NCBI GenBank assembly: GCA_035373905.1
Contig: DAOSOK010000004.1
Span: 33,271-97,270, forward strand
DNA: 64,000 nt
Origin: Candidatus Ozemobacteraceae bacterium
GTDB taxonomy: Bacteria > Muiribacteriota > Ozemobacteria > Ozemobacterales > Ozemobacteraceae
Reading direction: 5' to 3'
Below are positions 9,511 through 20,485 of the stretch, piece after piece; positions within the stretch are counted from its first letter, which is position 1, and every line of letters begins with the position of its first letter. The position numbers were made by a program, and so were the translations under genes. The notes below the pieces were generated by a model. The model had not been told where the DNA came from and did no database searches. It saw only the letters and a program-made list of their open reading frames with translations.

Positions 9511-11115
9511 ATGCGCCTGTTCCGCCTCATGCTCGGATTGGTTCTCGTCGTTCTGTTCGCCGCTCTTGGCGCATGGGGCGCGCTGTCGTCGGCCGCCGGG
9601 AACGAGTATGTCGTGCGCTGGGGGGCGATGATGGCCGCTCAGAACCTCGATGCCGACATGCAGCTCGGACGGGTGACCGGAACGGTGCTGGAAGCCCTGC
9701 GCATCGACGGCGTCCAGGGAATGGTGCGTCGCTCGCGGACGGGATTCGTGGCGGGGCCGGTCGAAATCTCGTTCAACCTGCGCCAGGCCCCACGGCGCGG
9801 TCTCGTCATCGGGACGCTCGATTGCCCCTGGCTCAAACTGTGGGGAGGAGTGCCGGTGCCGCCCTGGTTTGGCGCTTTGCCGGAACTGCCGCCGCCGACG
9901 TGCCAGGCCGATCTGAAACTTCCGGTCGGCATCGACCGTGTCCGCCTCGGCCGCATCGACTGGATGCCGGCGGCATCGGGGCCGGTCGAGGTCACGATCG
10001 CATCGTTCGCGATCGACCCGGCATCACGGACGAACGGTCTCCAGCCCGTCTCGTTCTCACTGTCGGTCCGATTCAAAGGCGCCGAGTTCGCCGCCGCGGC
10101 CTTCGATGGACACCTGGCTTCGACCAGGGCGGCTCTGTCTGGAAAAATAGAAGGAAATATATTTGGCTTTCCCGTCGATAGCGGACTGAAGGTATCGGTG
10201 AAACGGGACGGCGTCTTCGCCGAGGGGACGCTTGCCGAAATGCGGGTCGATCTGACGGTGCTGTCGAAATGGCTCAGTCCGCTCTGGCGGGACACCGTGC
10301 CGCTCTTCGTGAACGGACGGGTCACCGCGGGAGGGACTTGGATGGTCCAGCCGAAGATCGGCTTCGCGGGCCGGTTCCAGGGACGATTCGACCGCGTCGT
10401 GTTCGTGCTGACAGGGTTCAATCTGCCGCTCGCCGAGCTGAACGCCCCCTGGAAATTCTTCGACGACAAACTGCACATCGAGAATGAAAACAGCCGGTTC
10501 ATCGGGTTCCCCGCCTCCTTCAGCGGAGCCGTCGCGCTTGCGGCCGGGCTGAAACCCGACTGGGGCATCGAAGCCCGGGTTGCCGATCTTCCCCTGGCCG
10601 AACTCATCGCAACCCTGCCGTGGGCGGTGCGGTATGGATACGGCGTTCCCTACCTGGCCGGCCTGGCAAGCATGACCGCCCGCTTCGACGGAACCGCGCC
10701 CGGCATCCTCGTCAACGCGACGGCGCTGGTGGCCCGGCAAACCGGATCCGCCGCAACGTCGAGCGTGTCGATTCGCTACCGCCACGCGGCCGGGCAGCCG
10801 GACCGCTGGGATCTCGAATCCCGATGGACGGCTGAATCCGTTATGCCGAAAGGTTTTGCAGGACTCCCCGTGCGGACCGCCCCTTCGGGAGAACCGTTGC
10901 GGACGCCGTTCGAGTTCCGCTTCGAGGGGCACGGGACGCATGTCGACAAGCTCGATGCGAGGCTGGGCATTCTCTGGAACGAATCCTCCGCCTGGGAAGC
11001 AACGGGGCTCCTCGAAGGGCATACGTGGGAGGGCGTCGTTGCCGGACCGGAAGGCACACCGGTGGCGCTCCCTCAGGGCCTCGGCCTGGTCGACTTCCTG
11101 CTGCCGGGGATGTAA
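9511..11115 (+). CDS. hypothetical membrane-anchored protein (single N-terminal TM, large periplasmic/extracytoplasmic domain)
   Basis: ATG at 9511 (MRLFRLMLGLVLVVLFAALGA); a TTG at 9481 is an alternative start. No recognisable catalytic motifs. Convergent with the FapA gene. Confidence 0.45.
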   Translation: MRLFRLMLGLVLVVLFAALGAWGALSSAAGNEYVVRWGAMMAAQNLDADMQLGRVTGTVLEALRIDGVQGMVRRSRTGFVAGPVEISFNLRQAPRRGLVIGTLDCPWLKLWGGVPVPPWFGALPELPPPTCQADLKLPVGIDRVRLGRIDWMPAASGPVEVTIASFAIDPASRTNGLQPVSFSLSVRFKGAEFAAAAFDGHLASTRAALSGKIEGNIFGFPVDSGLKVSVKRDGVFAEGTLAEMRVDLTVLSKWLSPLWRDTVPLFVNGRVTAGGTWMVQPKIGFAGRFQGRFDRVVFVLTGFNLPLAELNAPWKFFDDKLHIENENSRFIGFPASFSGAVALAAGLKPDWGIEARVADLPLAELIATLPWAVRYGYGVPYLAGLASMTARFDGTAPGILVNATALVARQTGSAATSSVSIRYRHAAGQPDRWDLESRWTAESVMPKGFAGLPVRTAPSGEPLRTPFEFRFEGHGTHVDKLDARLGILWNESSAWEATGLLEGHTWEGVVAGPEGTPVALPQGLGLVDFLLPGM

Positions 11116-12575
11116 GGCGTGAATTCGATCCGCTCCTCCGGGATTTTCTGGTAAAACGTCAGGAGTGAACGGTCCGAATCGATGGTCATGCGCGATGCCC
11201 GGATCGAGAGAATGACGCCCTGCCGGAACACGCCGGCCGAGATCGTCGAGCGGGTTTCCTCGAGCAGGACGAGGGCGAGGTCGGCTTTTTTCAGTTCGAG
11301 CTTGGTGATCTGGTCGCTCAGGCTGGCGACCTTGTGTTCGAGGCTGGTCCGAAGCGGCTCCGCCTTGCCAGGCGGCAGTTTTTCCGGAAAGTTCTTCACG
11401 AACAGCAGGTTCTTTTCGGCCTCGTAATGCTGGCGCCGGATGTCGTTGATGATCTTCACGACCAGGTTCAGTCGGCTGAGGGCGGTGTGCGAAACGCCGC
11501 AGGAGACGCGGGTTTCAACGCCGACGGCGTTTCCCAGCTCGCCTGCGGTGATCGAGCGGAAGGAGATGAGCTCGCCGCCGCTGAGCGACTTTTCGATCAT
11601 GACCTCGCCGTTCACGTTGATGCGCGAATTGAGGGCTGAGCGCAGGAAGAGGTCGCCCTGCACCGTGAGGCAGGCGTTTTCAGCGTACAGCGCGCGAAGG
11701 TTGCCGAACACCTTCACTTCGTTCTTGTCTTCGACCTTCCCGGCCGTGCCGAGAATGCCCTTGCCCACGTCGAGATCGCCCCCGACGGTGACGCGGGTGC
11801 CCGCCTCGATCATGCCGTCGACGCGCAGGTTCCCGGTCACGGTCACGGAAAACCCGTACCGGATCGAACCGCGCACGACGAGCGAGCCCTTGAAGCTGAT
11901 GTGGCCGGTACCGAAATCGACGTCGCCCGGAATGACCATGACAGGAGTGACATGCACCGTGACCGAGTTCATCCCGGACTCGACGGTCAGCTGGCCTTCG
12001 CAGGCCGCCCGGGCGATGTCGTTCGTTCCGTCGGACTTCAGGACGACGTTGCGCCCCGCCACGACCCGTTTGTCCTTGCCGGGAACGGCGGGAATCGGCT
12101 TGCCGAAGACCGAGTGGCCCGACTCGCCCTTCGTGGCCGGCCGCTTCACCAGGATGATCTCGTCGGTCGAGACGCTGCGGAACAGGTCGCGCGTCTTGAA
12201 GTCCAGCGTTCCGTCCGGGCGCGTCAGGTGCTCCATCGACGGCCGGGGCACGAGGATGTCGATATGCGCCGGTTCGCCGTCGAGCGGTTGTATTCCTGTT
12301 GCTATTTTTCTCGGCGGAAACGTGATGCGCCGTGCGATGAGGCGCGGAAGCTCGTTCGTGACGAAACCCCGATCGAGCCCGAACAGGATGCGCTCGTTGA
12401 GGGCGTTCTGGATGGTCAGACAGGCGGCTTTGTCATCGAACGAATCGGGAAACGACTCGATAGAGAGGTAGGCTTCCGTCTCGAGCCGGTTCGTCGTCAG
12501 GGAAAGGGAAAAACCGGGAAGTTCCCGTGCGAGGAAGGTTCCCGGTTCCATGCGGTGGGGGATGCCTGCCGGCAA
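11073..12575 (-). CDS. FapA-family protein (DUF342; beta-helix plus C-terminal coiled coil)
   Basis: Repetitive beta-helix-like segment (GDVDFGTGHISFKGSLVVRGSI..VTVTGNLRVDG..VTVGGDLDVGKG) followed by a coiled-coil region, about 500 aa. Start ambiguous between 12575 and 12551. Confidence 0.65.
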   Translation of the reverse strand: MPAGIPHRMEPGTFLARELPGFSLSLTTNRLETEAYLSIESFPDSFDDKAACLTIQNALNERILFGLDRGFVTNELPRLIARRITFPPRKIATGIQPLDGEPAHIDILVPRPSMEHLTRPDGTLDFKTRDLFRSVSTDEIILVKRPATKGESGHSVFGKPIPAVPGKDKRVVAGRNVVLKSDGTNDIARAACEGQLTVESGMNSVTVHVTPVMVIPGDVDFGTGHISFKGSLVVRGSIRYGFSVTVTGNLRVDGMIEAGTRVTVGGDLDVGKGILGTAGKVEDKNEVKVFGNLRALYAENACLTVQGDLFLRSALNSRINVNGEVMIEKSLSGGELISFRSITAGELGNAVGVETRVSCGVSHTALSRLNLVVKIINDIRRQHYEAEKNLLFVKNFPEKLPPGKAEPLRTSLEHKVASLSDQITKLELKKADLALVLLEETRSTISAGVFRQGVILSIRASRMTIDSDRSLLTFYQKIPEERIEFTPYIPGSRKSTRPRP

Positions 12576-12582
12576 AGCCGGA

Positions 12583-14978
12583 TCAGCCGGCCCGCGAGCC
12601 GTTGTTCAGGCCGACCCGCCGTTCGACGTCGGCGATGCTGACGCCCTGGCTGGACAGGAAGTTCTCGAACCAGGCCGTATCGACGCTGAACGAGCGCAGT
12701 TCGCCGCGGAACGCGATGATCAATTGCTCGAGTTCGACCAGGTCGCCGACCCGGAGCTTGGTTTTCTGCTGGCCGCTCATGGAGCGCAGGTTGTCGAGAG
12801 CGGACCGGACGGCGCTCGCGAACTCGTACCGGGTCACCTTCGAGGCATCGTAGAACGGCATGCCGGGCAGGAGCCCCTTCGAGATCACGCGCTTGAGCGA
12901 CTTGAACACCCAGTGGTTCGCCGGCACGTAGACGAAACCGGTTCCGGCCGAGCCGGCGGACGTGGTCATACGGGCGGCGGCGGCCGACTGGGGCATCGGG
13001 GCGCGACCATCGGCCAGCGGGATGTAGAACGCCGAGTCGGCCTCGGCGGCACGGGGCCGGGCGAGAGTTGCTCTGCGGGCCTGGCGCTCGTTCTGCGTTG
13101 TGAACTGCCACGAATAGCGGGCGACGAGTTGCTCGCCCGATTGGCTCTTGATCTTGTCGCTGATGAGAACCTTGTACTGCGTATCCGCGTCGAGAGGGGC
13201 GGCGGGAATGAAGACTGCGCGTTTCTGGCGGCCGTCGTAGGACACGCGCCCTTCGACACGCTCCTGGCGGCCGAAAACCGAGATGTTGATCGGGTTCACG
13301 GTACTCTGCTGGGCGGGTTCGCTGAAGTGAATGACGATCTTGGCGTTGCGGGCGACCTGCTCGGCGTTTGCCGCCGGCAGAATCCCGGTCACCTTGAAGG
13401 TGGAGAGGGCTTCGCGGGGCGCAGCCTTGCGGGGAACGGCGGTTCTCGCCGCCTTGCGGGGAGCGGGGGCGCTCCAGTCGGCGTCCGCTTCCATGGCGGC
13501 GTTGTTCCCGGCGGGAGCCGCTTCGTCATCGAAGCCTTCCAGTTCCCTGGATTCCTGGATCGTTTCGCGCATCACCGGTTGGGCGCGGCGGGGAGCCGCC
13601 TGTTTCGCGGCGGCGGGCGCGCGGCGCACGGGCGCCGCGGCAAACGCTTCGGGCATGGCGGGAGCCGCGGCGGGCGAGGTGGTCGCGAAGGTTGCGGCGA
13701 GGGCGTTCTGCAGCGGGCGGCCGGTCATGTCGGTCACGCCCTGGGTGATGATCACGCGATACGAGCGGTTTGCGTCGAGCACGCCGACGGGGGTGAGCAC
13801 CGCGCGTTTCTGGCCGCTCAGATACTGGATCTTCGCGGGCACCGGGCCGAAATCGTCTTCGACCCGGAAGGTGAACTCGTTCAGGGTTTCAGGCCGGACT
13901 TCCTGGTTGAAAGCCACCGTCACCGGTTGGCTGAGATTGGTGACGACGGCGCCGCTTTGCGGCGACATGCCGACCAGTTTCAGGGGAATCGCCGCCTGCA
14001 TTGCGACGTCGCCGTAGGCGTCGGCCGCGGGGGCGTCGAACGATGCGGTGTTCACCAGGCCCTGGCGGCGCGCCGGAGCAGCGACCGGCAGAGCGGCGTC
14101 GCTGGGCGCTTCCTCGAGAACGTTGTCGGGAACGACCACGTCGACGCTGCCAGAACCGCTTCCGCCGATGCGGAAGGGAATGATGGTGTTCTTCGGAAGC
14201 CTGGCACCCGAGCTTCCCGCGAGCGTCTGGCTGATGGCGATGCCATACTCGTTGCCGGACTTCAGGGGCTGGCGGGGAACCAGCGTCAGGGTCTTCAGGT
14301 CGCGCGACAGGCGGTAATCGACGCCGACCGTTTCCCGGTTACACATCAGTTTCACCGGGGCGTCCTTGAGGGAAGTGATGTCAAGCGCTTCGCTGAAGCT
14401 GACTTCGAGAGGATTCTGCGGGTTGATCACGCCGCTGGACATGTTTGCGTTGGTGATCAGCAGTCTCGCCGCAGCTGCGCCGCCCATGGGGGCGGACATC
14501 GCGGCAGCCCCGGCGGCCTGCATCGGAGCGTTCACGGCATTCTGCGCGCCGGCCGAGCGCTGGCTCCCGGAGGAAGAAACGCGGAAGTTCCACATCTTCT
14601 CGGCCGTTCCGCTCACGCCGTCGCCGAAACTGAGCTGGGCGGTGTACATCTGGCCCGGCTGAAGACCTGCCTTGGGCTTGAACATCACCTGGCGGGCGGA
14701 GGGATTGTAAAACAGCTCGCCGTCGACGGGCTGGCCGTTTTTGAACAGGTTGAGATTGATCGTCTGGTAGAACGCCTGCGAAAGAGCCCCGCCGAACTCG
14801 ACCGTCAGGGGGGTGGTGGCCGAAACGTCGGAGGCCATATCTGCCGGAACGGTCTTGACGACCTGGACCGCCTGGCCTGCGTTCGCCTGCATACCGAACG
14901 CGGCTGAGGCGTGCAGAGCGGGACCGGCACCTACCAGCAGAGCTCCCAGGACGACGGCTCGAATTCCACGGTTCATGA
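12583..14978 (-). CDS. secreted surface protein with several Ig-like (Big/SbsA-type) repeats and a C-terminal SLH-like domain
   Basis: The ATG at 14978 has a GAGGAGG RBS. A signal peptide (MNRGIRAVVLGALLVGAGPALHASA) is followed by repeated about-100-aa Ig-like blocks (TVxF..A, LxxG..Y). The C-terminus (HWVFKSLKRVISKGLLPG...YDASKVTRYEFASAV) resembles an S-layer-homology domain. Confidence 0.55.
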
Positions 14979-15155
14979 ATAACCTCCTCGAAAGGTCCAG
15001 ACGATTCGGTATCATCATCGGCAAAATCGATCGCAACCTTTACCCCATTGTCCGCGTTCGGGATGATCTCCACAGTATTTCGCCATTGCGCTGTAGGAGC
15101 GGGTTTGAAACCAGCCCCTACAGACGATTGAAGAATGAAGGGACATCAAAAGTCT

Positions 15156-15304
15156 TATTGAGTCCTGCGTATCAAAAACCAGCTTCGTGTCCCCGTTCGT
15201 GCTGAGCTTGTCGAAACACGAACAACCACTTGCTGATGGTTCCTCATTTTGCCCTACGACAGGCTCAGGGCGAACGGTTGGTTTTCATTCTGCAGGACTC
15301 AATA
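15156..15304. repeat. MITE-like repeat element (~150 bp) with 13-bp terminal inverted repeats, containing a copy of the palindromic repeat family
   Basis: TIRs TTATTGAGTCCTGC at 15156-15169 and GCAGGACTCAATA at 15292-15304. The interior is about 85% identical to the reverse complement of 44034-44183. Confidence 0.6.
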
Positions 15305-15389
15305 GTCCCATAGGGATTTTGAGGCTATCGGACCCGCGGTTGCGATCGTTCGGGCACCCCCCCGGATTTGCCCTGAGAAGGGGGGGTAT

Positions 15390-15398
15390 GGTATAAAC
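15390..15398 (+). promoter_or_regulatory. candidate extended -10 element (TGgTATAAA) for the V-ATPase operon
   Basis: TGnTATAAA-like motif about 65 nt upstream of atpE; no clear -35. Confidence 0.3.
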
Positions 15399-15463
15399 CC
15401 CGAACCCGGTCATGATGTTCGCCCGGATTTCAAAGGCCGCAGGTCACCGAAGGAGTTTCCGCC

Positions 15464-16075
15464 ATGGGTATCGATGTCGCAACCTTCACCAAGCAGCTTC
15501 GCGAAGACGGAATCGAAGCCGCCCGCCGCGAGGCCGAAAAGATCCTGGCCGATGCGAGGGCGAAAGCCGACCACGAAAAAGAGCAGGCCAGGGCCGCGGC
15601 CCGTCGTATGGTCCAGAAAGGGGAGGCCGAGATCGCCCGGCACCGGCAGAAGGTCGAGGCCGAGCTCAGGCTTGCCGCCCGTGACCTGGTTCTCGACGTC
15701 AAAAAGCGCCTGGAAAACCTGACGCGTGGCCTTCTCCAGCCGGTCGTCGCCGAAAAACTGTCGGCGGCGGACGTCGTCGAGTCCTCCCTCCGGGAACTCC
15801 TGAAAACCCAGAAGACCGGCCGCGAATGGGAGGCGGCGCTCGGCCCCGTCGTCGGTGCGAAACTGACCCAAGCCGCGCTGAGCGACCTGTTCAAAACCGC
15901 GGACGGCCGAGTGAAACTTGGCGAGACGCTCAAGTCGGCCGGATTCACCCTGCGCGACACCGCTTCCGGCGAAGTCATCGAACTGACCGAAACTTCGGTC
16001 GCCGACGCCTTCGGCCGTCTGATCGCGCCCCAGCTCCGCGCTCTGCTGGACAAGTCCGAAAACGCCGGAGCCTGA
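15464..16075 (+). CDS. atpE: V/A-type ATP synthase subunit E
   Basis: About 200-aa Ala/Glu/Arg-rich coiled-coil protein typical of V-type subunit E; AAGGAG RBS; first gene of the operon. Confidence 0.7.
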   Translation: MGIDVATFTKQLREDGIEAARREAEKILADARAKADHEKEQARAAARRMVQKGEAEIARHRQKVEAELRLAARDLVLDVKKRLENLTRGLLQPVVAEKLSAADVVESSLRELLKTQKTGREWEAALGPVVGAKLTQAALSDLFKTADGRVKLGETLKSAGFTLRDTASGEVIELTETSVADAFGRLIAPQLRALLDKSENAGA

Positions 16076-16084
16076 GTCGCAACC

Positions 16085-16789
16085 GTGAGCGCGCGACTCT
16101 ACTACCTCCTTTCCGCCCTGCCGCCCCTGCCGGGGTTCGGCGAGCCGCCCCCGTGCAGCCTCGATGAGGTGCTTGCGGCCATGCGCGCCGAGGAAAACCC
16201 GGCGCTCGACATTCTCGCGGATTGCTTTTCCGTCGAACCGGCCCTGCGCGCAATGCAGAAAAGCCGCCTGGTGGGGCATCTGTCCGAGCCGCCGGCCGAT
16301 CTGATGGAGCTTCTCCCCGACTGCATCCGGGAACGGGTCGCCGTCTGGCCGTCTCGGGAGGAGGAAGTCGCCTGGCACGAAAGCGTCTGCTTCGCCTGGT
16401 TCGAGTTCATGCGCCGGACGGGCCTCGTCATCGGATCCAGGCTGCTTCAGCGCTGGAGCGCGTGGGAAATGACCCTCGCCGTGTATCTGGCGAACGCCCG
16501 TGATACTGCGGAATCCGCCCCGGCAAAGGAACGCCCGGTTCCGCCCGAGGCCCCGGCCTTCGATTACGACGGGCTCGTGGCCGAATGGCACAACGCCGCC
16601 GACCCGATGACCGGCGAGCACAAGCTCGACGAGGCCCGGTGCGCCTTTCTCGCCTCGGAATCGACCCGCTACTCGTTCGAGATCGACGAACTCGTCTTCT
16701 ACCTGTTGAAACTCAGGCTGTTGTCCCGGTATGCGGCTCTCGACCGGGCCACGGCGCTCAAGACACTCGAGGAGGTCACCGTCCTGTGA
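16085..16789 (+). CDS. DUF2764-like protein (conserved gene found between the E and A subunits of bacterial V-type ATPase operons)
   Basis: GTG start; positional equivalence with the hypothetical gene between atpE and atpA in Chlamydia/Treponema-type V-ATPase operons. Sequence-level assignment is weak. Confidence 0.45.
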   Translation: MSARLYYLLSALPPLPGFGEPPPCSLDEVLAAMRAEENPALDILADCFSVEPALRAMQKSRLVGHLSEPPADLMELLPDCIRERVAVWPSREEEVAWHESVCFAWFEFMRRTGLVIGSRLLQRWSAWEMTLAVYLANARDTAESAPAKERPVPPEAPAFDYDGLVAEWHNAADPMTGEHKLDEARCAFLASESTRYSFEIDELVFYLLKLRLLSRYAALDRATALKTLEEVTVL

Positions 16790-18525
16790 GCGTATCCGGA
16801 CGCATCGTAACGATATTTGGAAATATGGTCACCGCCGAGTTCGACGGCGCTGTCCGGCAGAACGCCGTCGCTTACTGCCACCGCGCCGACGGGGTTCGGC
16901 TGATGGCCGAAATCATCCGCATCCGCGGGAACCGGGCCGACATGCAGGTCTTCGAGTTGACCCGCGGTCTCAAAGTCGGCGACACGGTCGATGTGACGGA
17001 CGAGCTGCTCTCTCTCGAACTCGGGCCCGGGCTGCTTGGCCAGATCTACGACGGACTGCAGAACCCCCTGCCGGTGTTTGCCGAAAAGGTCGGCAAGTTC
17101 CTCGAGCCCGGCAACTACTTCAAGCCGCTGAACCGCGAGACGAGATGGGAGTTCACCCCCCTCGCGCAGGCCGGTTCGACCGTTCGCGCCGCCGACGCGC
17201 TCGGCAAAGTGCAGGAAAGCATCTTCGACCATTACATCTTCGCCCCGTTCGATCTCGAAGGCGAGTGGAAGCTCAAAAGCCTCGTCGGAGCGGGGTCCTA
17301 CACGGTCGAACAGACGATCGCCGAACTCGAGGGCGCCGACGGGAAAACAATTTCGGTCAATATGATAAACCGCTGGCCCGTCCGCATCCCGCTGACGCAC
17401 TACGCCGAGCGGCTTCTGCCCGTGACCCCCCTGGTCACGAAACAGCGCATCATCGACACCTTCTTCCCGATCACGCGCGGCGGCACCTACTGCATTCCCG
17501 GCCCGTTCGGCGCCGGCAAGACGGTGCTGCAGCAGATCACCAGCCGCCATGCCGAGGTCGACGTCGTCATCTCCGCGGCCTGCGGCGAGCGCGCCGGCGA
17601 GGTCGTCGAGACGCTGCGCGAGTTCCCGCACCTGACCGATCCGCGCACCGGCAAGACGCTGATGGAGCGCACGATCATCATCTGCAACACGTCCAGCATG
17701 CCCGTCGCGGCCCGCGAGTCCTCCGTCTACACGGCCGTGACGCTCGGCGAATACTACCGTCTCCAGGGGCTCCACGTGCTCCTGCTGGCCGATTCGACCT
17801 CCCGCTGGGCCCAGGCTCTGCGCGAGATGAGCGGCCGTCTCGAGGAGATCCCCGGCGAGGAGGCCTTCCCGGCCTATCTCGAAAGCTCCATCGCCCGCTT
17901 CTATGAACGCGGCGGCTCGGTGAAGCTGCGCGATGGTCGCGAGGCCTCGCTCACGATCGGCGGCGCCGTCAGTCCCGCCGGCGGCAACTTCGAAGAGCCG
18001 GTCACGCAGGGCACGCTCAAGGTCGTCGGCTCGTTCCTCGGTCTGTCATACGCCCGCTCCTACGCGCGCCGTTTCCCCGCGATCGACCCGCTCGAGTCCT
18101 GGTCGAAATACCATGGCATCATCGACGAGAAGAAGGTCGCCTGGGCGCGCTCGTTCCTGCGGCGCGGCCGCTCCGTTTTCGAGATGATGCAGGTCGTCGG
18201 CGAGGAAGGCACCTCGATGGACGATTACGTCGTCTACCTGAAGGGCGAGTTCCTCGATTCGGTGTATCTGCAACAGAACTCGTTTGATGAGGTTGACGCC
18301 GCCTGCCCCCCCGAGCGCCAGCAGGACCTGTTCGGCCGCGTCTGCCGCGTCCTCGGGCACGAATTCTCCTTCGCCAACAAGGACGAGGCCCGCGACACGT
18401 TCTTCACGCTCACCGAGCAGTTCCGCAACTGGAACTACGCGAAGAGCGGCTCGGATGCCATGAAGGATGCCGAAGCGAAGATCGCATCCTGCCTGCAGAC
18501 CGACAAGGAGGCTGCCCATGCGTAA
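16786..18525 (+). CDS. atpA: V/A-type ATP synthase catalytic subunit A
   Basis: GTG start overlapping the upstream stop. P-loop GPFGAGKT; Walker B region [15 protein letters not shown]; about 580 aa, with the non-homologous insert typical of A subunits. Confidence 0.9.
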   Translation: MSVSGRIVTIFGNMVTAEFDGAVRQNAVAYCHRADGVRLMAEIIRIRGNRADMQVFELTRGLKVGDTVDVTDELLSLELGPGLLGQIYDGLQNPLPVFAEKVGKFLEPGNYFKPLNRETRWEFTPLAQAGSTVRAADALGKVQESIFDHYIFAPFDLEGEWKLKSLVGAGSYTVEQTIAELEGADGKTISVNMINRWPVRIPLTHYAERLLPVTPLVTKQRIIDTFFPITRGGTYCIPGPFGAGKTVLQQITSRHAEVDVVISAACGERAGEVVETLREFPHLTDPRTGKTLMERTIIICNTSSMPVAARESSVYTAVTLGEYYRLQGLHVLLLADSTSRWAQALREMSGRLEEIPGEEAFPAYLESSIARFYERGGSVKLRDGREASLTIGGAVSPAGGNFEEPVTQGTLKVVGSFLGLSYARSYARRFPAIDPLESWSKYHGIIDEKKVAWARSFLRRGRSVFEMMQVVGEEGTSMDDYVVYLKGEFLDSVYLQQNSFDEVDAACPPERQQDLFGRVCRVLGHEFSFANKDEARDTFFTLTEQFRNWNYAKSGSDAMKDAEAKIASCLQTDKEAAHA

Positions 18526-19852
18526 ATACTACACCCGCATCGACCGCATCGCCGGAAACGTCGCCATGCTCAAGGCGACCAACGTCGGTTTCGAGGAACT
18601 CGCCATCATCGAGGGCCGCGTCGGCCGCTCGCTCGCCCAGGTCATCAAGGTGTCCGGCGAGGACGTTTCGCTCCAGGTCTTCTCGGGAACCCGCGGCCTG
18701 TCCACCGGCGACCGCGTGAGTTTCCTCGGCTCGGCGATGCGTTTCAGCTTCTCCGAAGACCTGTTCGGCCGCATCTTCACGGGCGGCGGCGAGCCGCGCG
18801 ACGGCCGAAGCACGCTCACCGAGAACCTGATCGAGGTCGGCGGCCCGGCCGTCAACCCGGCCGTGCGCCTCATGCCCAGCCGCATGATCGCCACGAACAT
18901 TCCGATGATCGACGTGTTCAACACCCTCGTCGAGGGCCAGAAGCTGCCGATCTTCTCGATTCCCGGCGAGCCTTACAACGAACTGCTCGCGCGCATCGCC
19001 CTCCAGGCCGAAGCCGACGTCATCGTGCTCGGCGGGATGGGCCTCAAATACGACGAATACCTGTTCTTCAAGCAGCGGCTCGAGGAGGGCGGCGCCCTCT
19101 CGCGCACCATCATGTTCGTCCACACCGCGTCCGACCCGGTCGTCGAGTGTATGCTCACTCCCGACATTGCCCTGACCGTGGCCGAACGGTTCGCCGTGCA
19201 GGGAAAGCGCGTGCTGGTGCTGCTGACCGACATGACGAACTTCGCCAACTCGCTCAAGGAGATCGCGATCACGATGGAGCAGATCCCGTCGAACCGCGGC
19301 TACCCGGGCGACCTGTATTCCCAGCTCGCCTCGCGGTACGAGAAGGCCGTCGTGTTCGACAACGGCGGCTCGCTCACGACAATGGCTGTCACCACGATGC
19401 CGGGCGACGACGTCACGCACCCGGTTCCGGATAACACCGGCTATATTACCGAGGGCCAGTTCTACCTCAAGGGCGGCTGGATCGAACCCTTCGGCTCGCT
19501 CTCGCGGCTCAAACAGCTCGTCAACGGCCGCACCCGCGACGACCACCGCGCCATCATGGACGGCTGCATCCAACTCTACTCGAAATGCCGCGAAACGCGT
19601 GAAAAGCGCGCCATGGGCTTCGAGATGTCGCCGTGGGACCTGAAACTGCTCAGATACGGCGAGCAGTTCGAGCAGCGGATGATGGATCTGTCGGTCAACA
19701 ACACCCTCACCGTCGCCCTCGATCGGTGCTGGGAGCTTCTGGCCGAGGTGTTCGAACCGCGCGAGACCGGCATCCGGTCGGCGCTGTGCGAAAAATACTG
19801 GCCGAAGAAGACCGGCGCCGGTGTCGAGACCGCCGCCCCCGCCGCCCAGTAA
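18518..19852 (+). CDS. atpB: V/A-type ATP synthase subunit B
   Basis: The ATG at 18518 overlaps the atpA stop. Regulatory-subunit B fold (no canonical P-loop; [32 protein letters not shown]); about 445 aa. Confidence 0.9.
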   Translation: MRKYYTRIDRIAGNVAMLKATNVGFEELAIIEGRVGRSLAQVIKVSGEDVSLQVFSGTRGLSTGDRVSFLGSAMRFSFSEDLFGRIFTGGGEPRDGRSTLTENLIEVGGPAVNPAVRLMPSRMIATNIPMIDVFNTLVEGQKLPIFSIPGEPYNELLARIALQAEADVIVLGGMGLKYDEYLFFKQRLEEGGALSRTIMFVHTASDPVVECMLTPDIALTVAERFAVQGKRVLVLLTDMTNFANSLKEIAITMEQIPSNRGYPGDLYSQLASRYEKAVVFDNGGSLTTMAVTTMPGDDVTHPVPDNTGYITEGQFYLKGGWIEPFGSLSRLKQLVNGRTRDDHRAIMDGCIQLYSKCRETREKRAMGFEMSPWDLKLLRYGEQFEQRMMDLSVNNTLTVALDRCWELLAEVFEPRETGIRSALCEKYWPKKTGAGVETAAPAAQ

Positions 19853-19870
19853 CGCCGGAGACCGTCGCAG

Positions 19871-20485
19871 ATGGCTGAAAAGATCAAGAAGACCCGTCCG
19901 GAGCTGCTGAAGCAGAGACGGTCGCTGGCCCTGTTCCAGCGATTTCTGCCGACGCTTCTCCTCAAGAAACAGCAGATCCAGATGGAGATTCTGAAGGTAC
20001 GCACGCAGCGCACGCGCATTCGGGACGAGATCGACCGCATGGTCCGCCAGATCGAGCCGTGGCTCATCCTTTTCAGCGAGGATCTGCCCGGCCGCGTCAC
20101 GGATCTGGTGCGCGTGAAAAGCCTCGAGCGCGGCGAAATCAACGTCGCAGGCATCCGTCTGCCTGTTCTGCGGCAGGTCGAATACGAGGTCGCCCCCTAC
20201 AGCCGGCTCGTGATGCCGGCCTGGGTCGACGCCGGCGTCGAGTTCGTGAAGAACCTCCTCCAGGAGCGAGAACGGCTCAGAATCCTCGTCGAGCAGGAAC
20301 GACTGCTCCAGTCCGAGCTTCGCAAGGTCACCCAGCGGGTGAACCTCTTCGAAAAAGTGATGATTCCCCGCGCGAAGGAGAACATCCGCACGATCCGGAT
20401 CAATCTCGCCGAGGAACAGACCGCGGGCGTCGGCCGCTCCAAGATCGCCAAGGGAAAATCCGCCGGCGGCGAGGAGGGCGCATGA
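19871..20485 (+). CDS. atpD: V/A-type ATP synthase subunit D
   Basis: About 200-aa basic coiled-coil protein (LLKQRRSLALFQRFLPTLLLKKQQ...) typical of subunit D. Confidence 0.8.
   Translation: MAEKIKKTRPELLKQRRSLALFQRFLPTLLLKKQQIQMEILKVRTQRTRIRDEIDRMVRQIEPWLILFSEDLPGRVTDLVRVKSLERGEINVAGIRLPVLRQVEYEVAPYSRLVMPAWVDAGVEFVKNLLQERERLRILVEQERLLQSELRKVTQRVNLFEKVMIPRAKENIRTIRINLAEEQTAGVGRSKIAKGKSAGGEEGA

Noticed and set aside
12550-14907. 785-aa plus-strand ORF (and 13331..14017, 14001..14317) overlapping the Ig-like/SLH gene
   Set aside because: It is a Gly/Arg/Ala-rich antisense shadow of the well-supported minus-strand gene, which has an RBS, a signal peptide and domain repeats.
15040-15460. Possible small RNA or tRNA in the 420-bp gap upstream of the V-ATPase operon
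   Set aside because: No cloverleaf or conserved ncRNA features were found; the region is explained by the MITE-like element plus a promoter-like TGgTATAAA.
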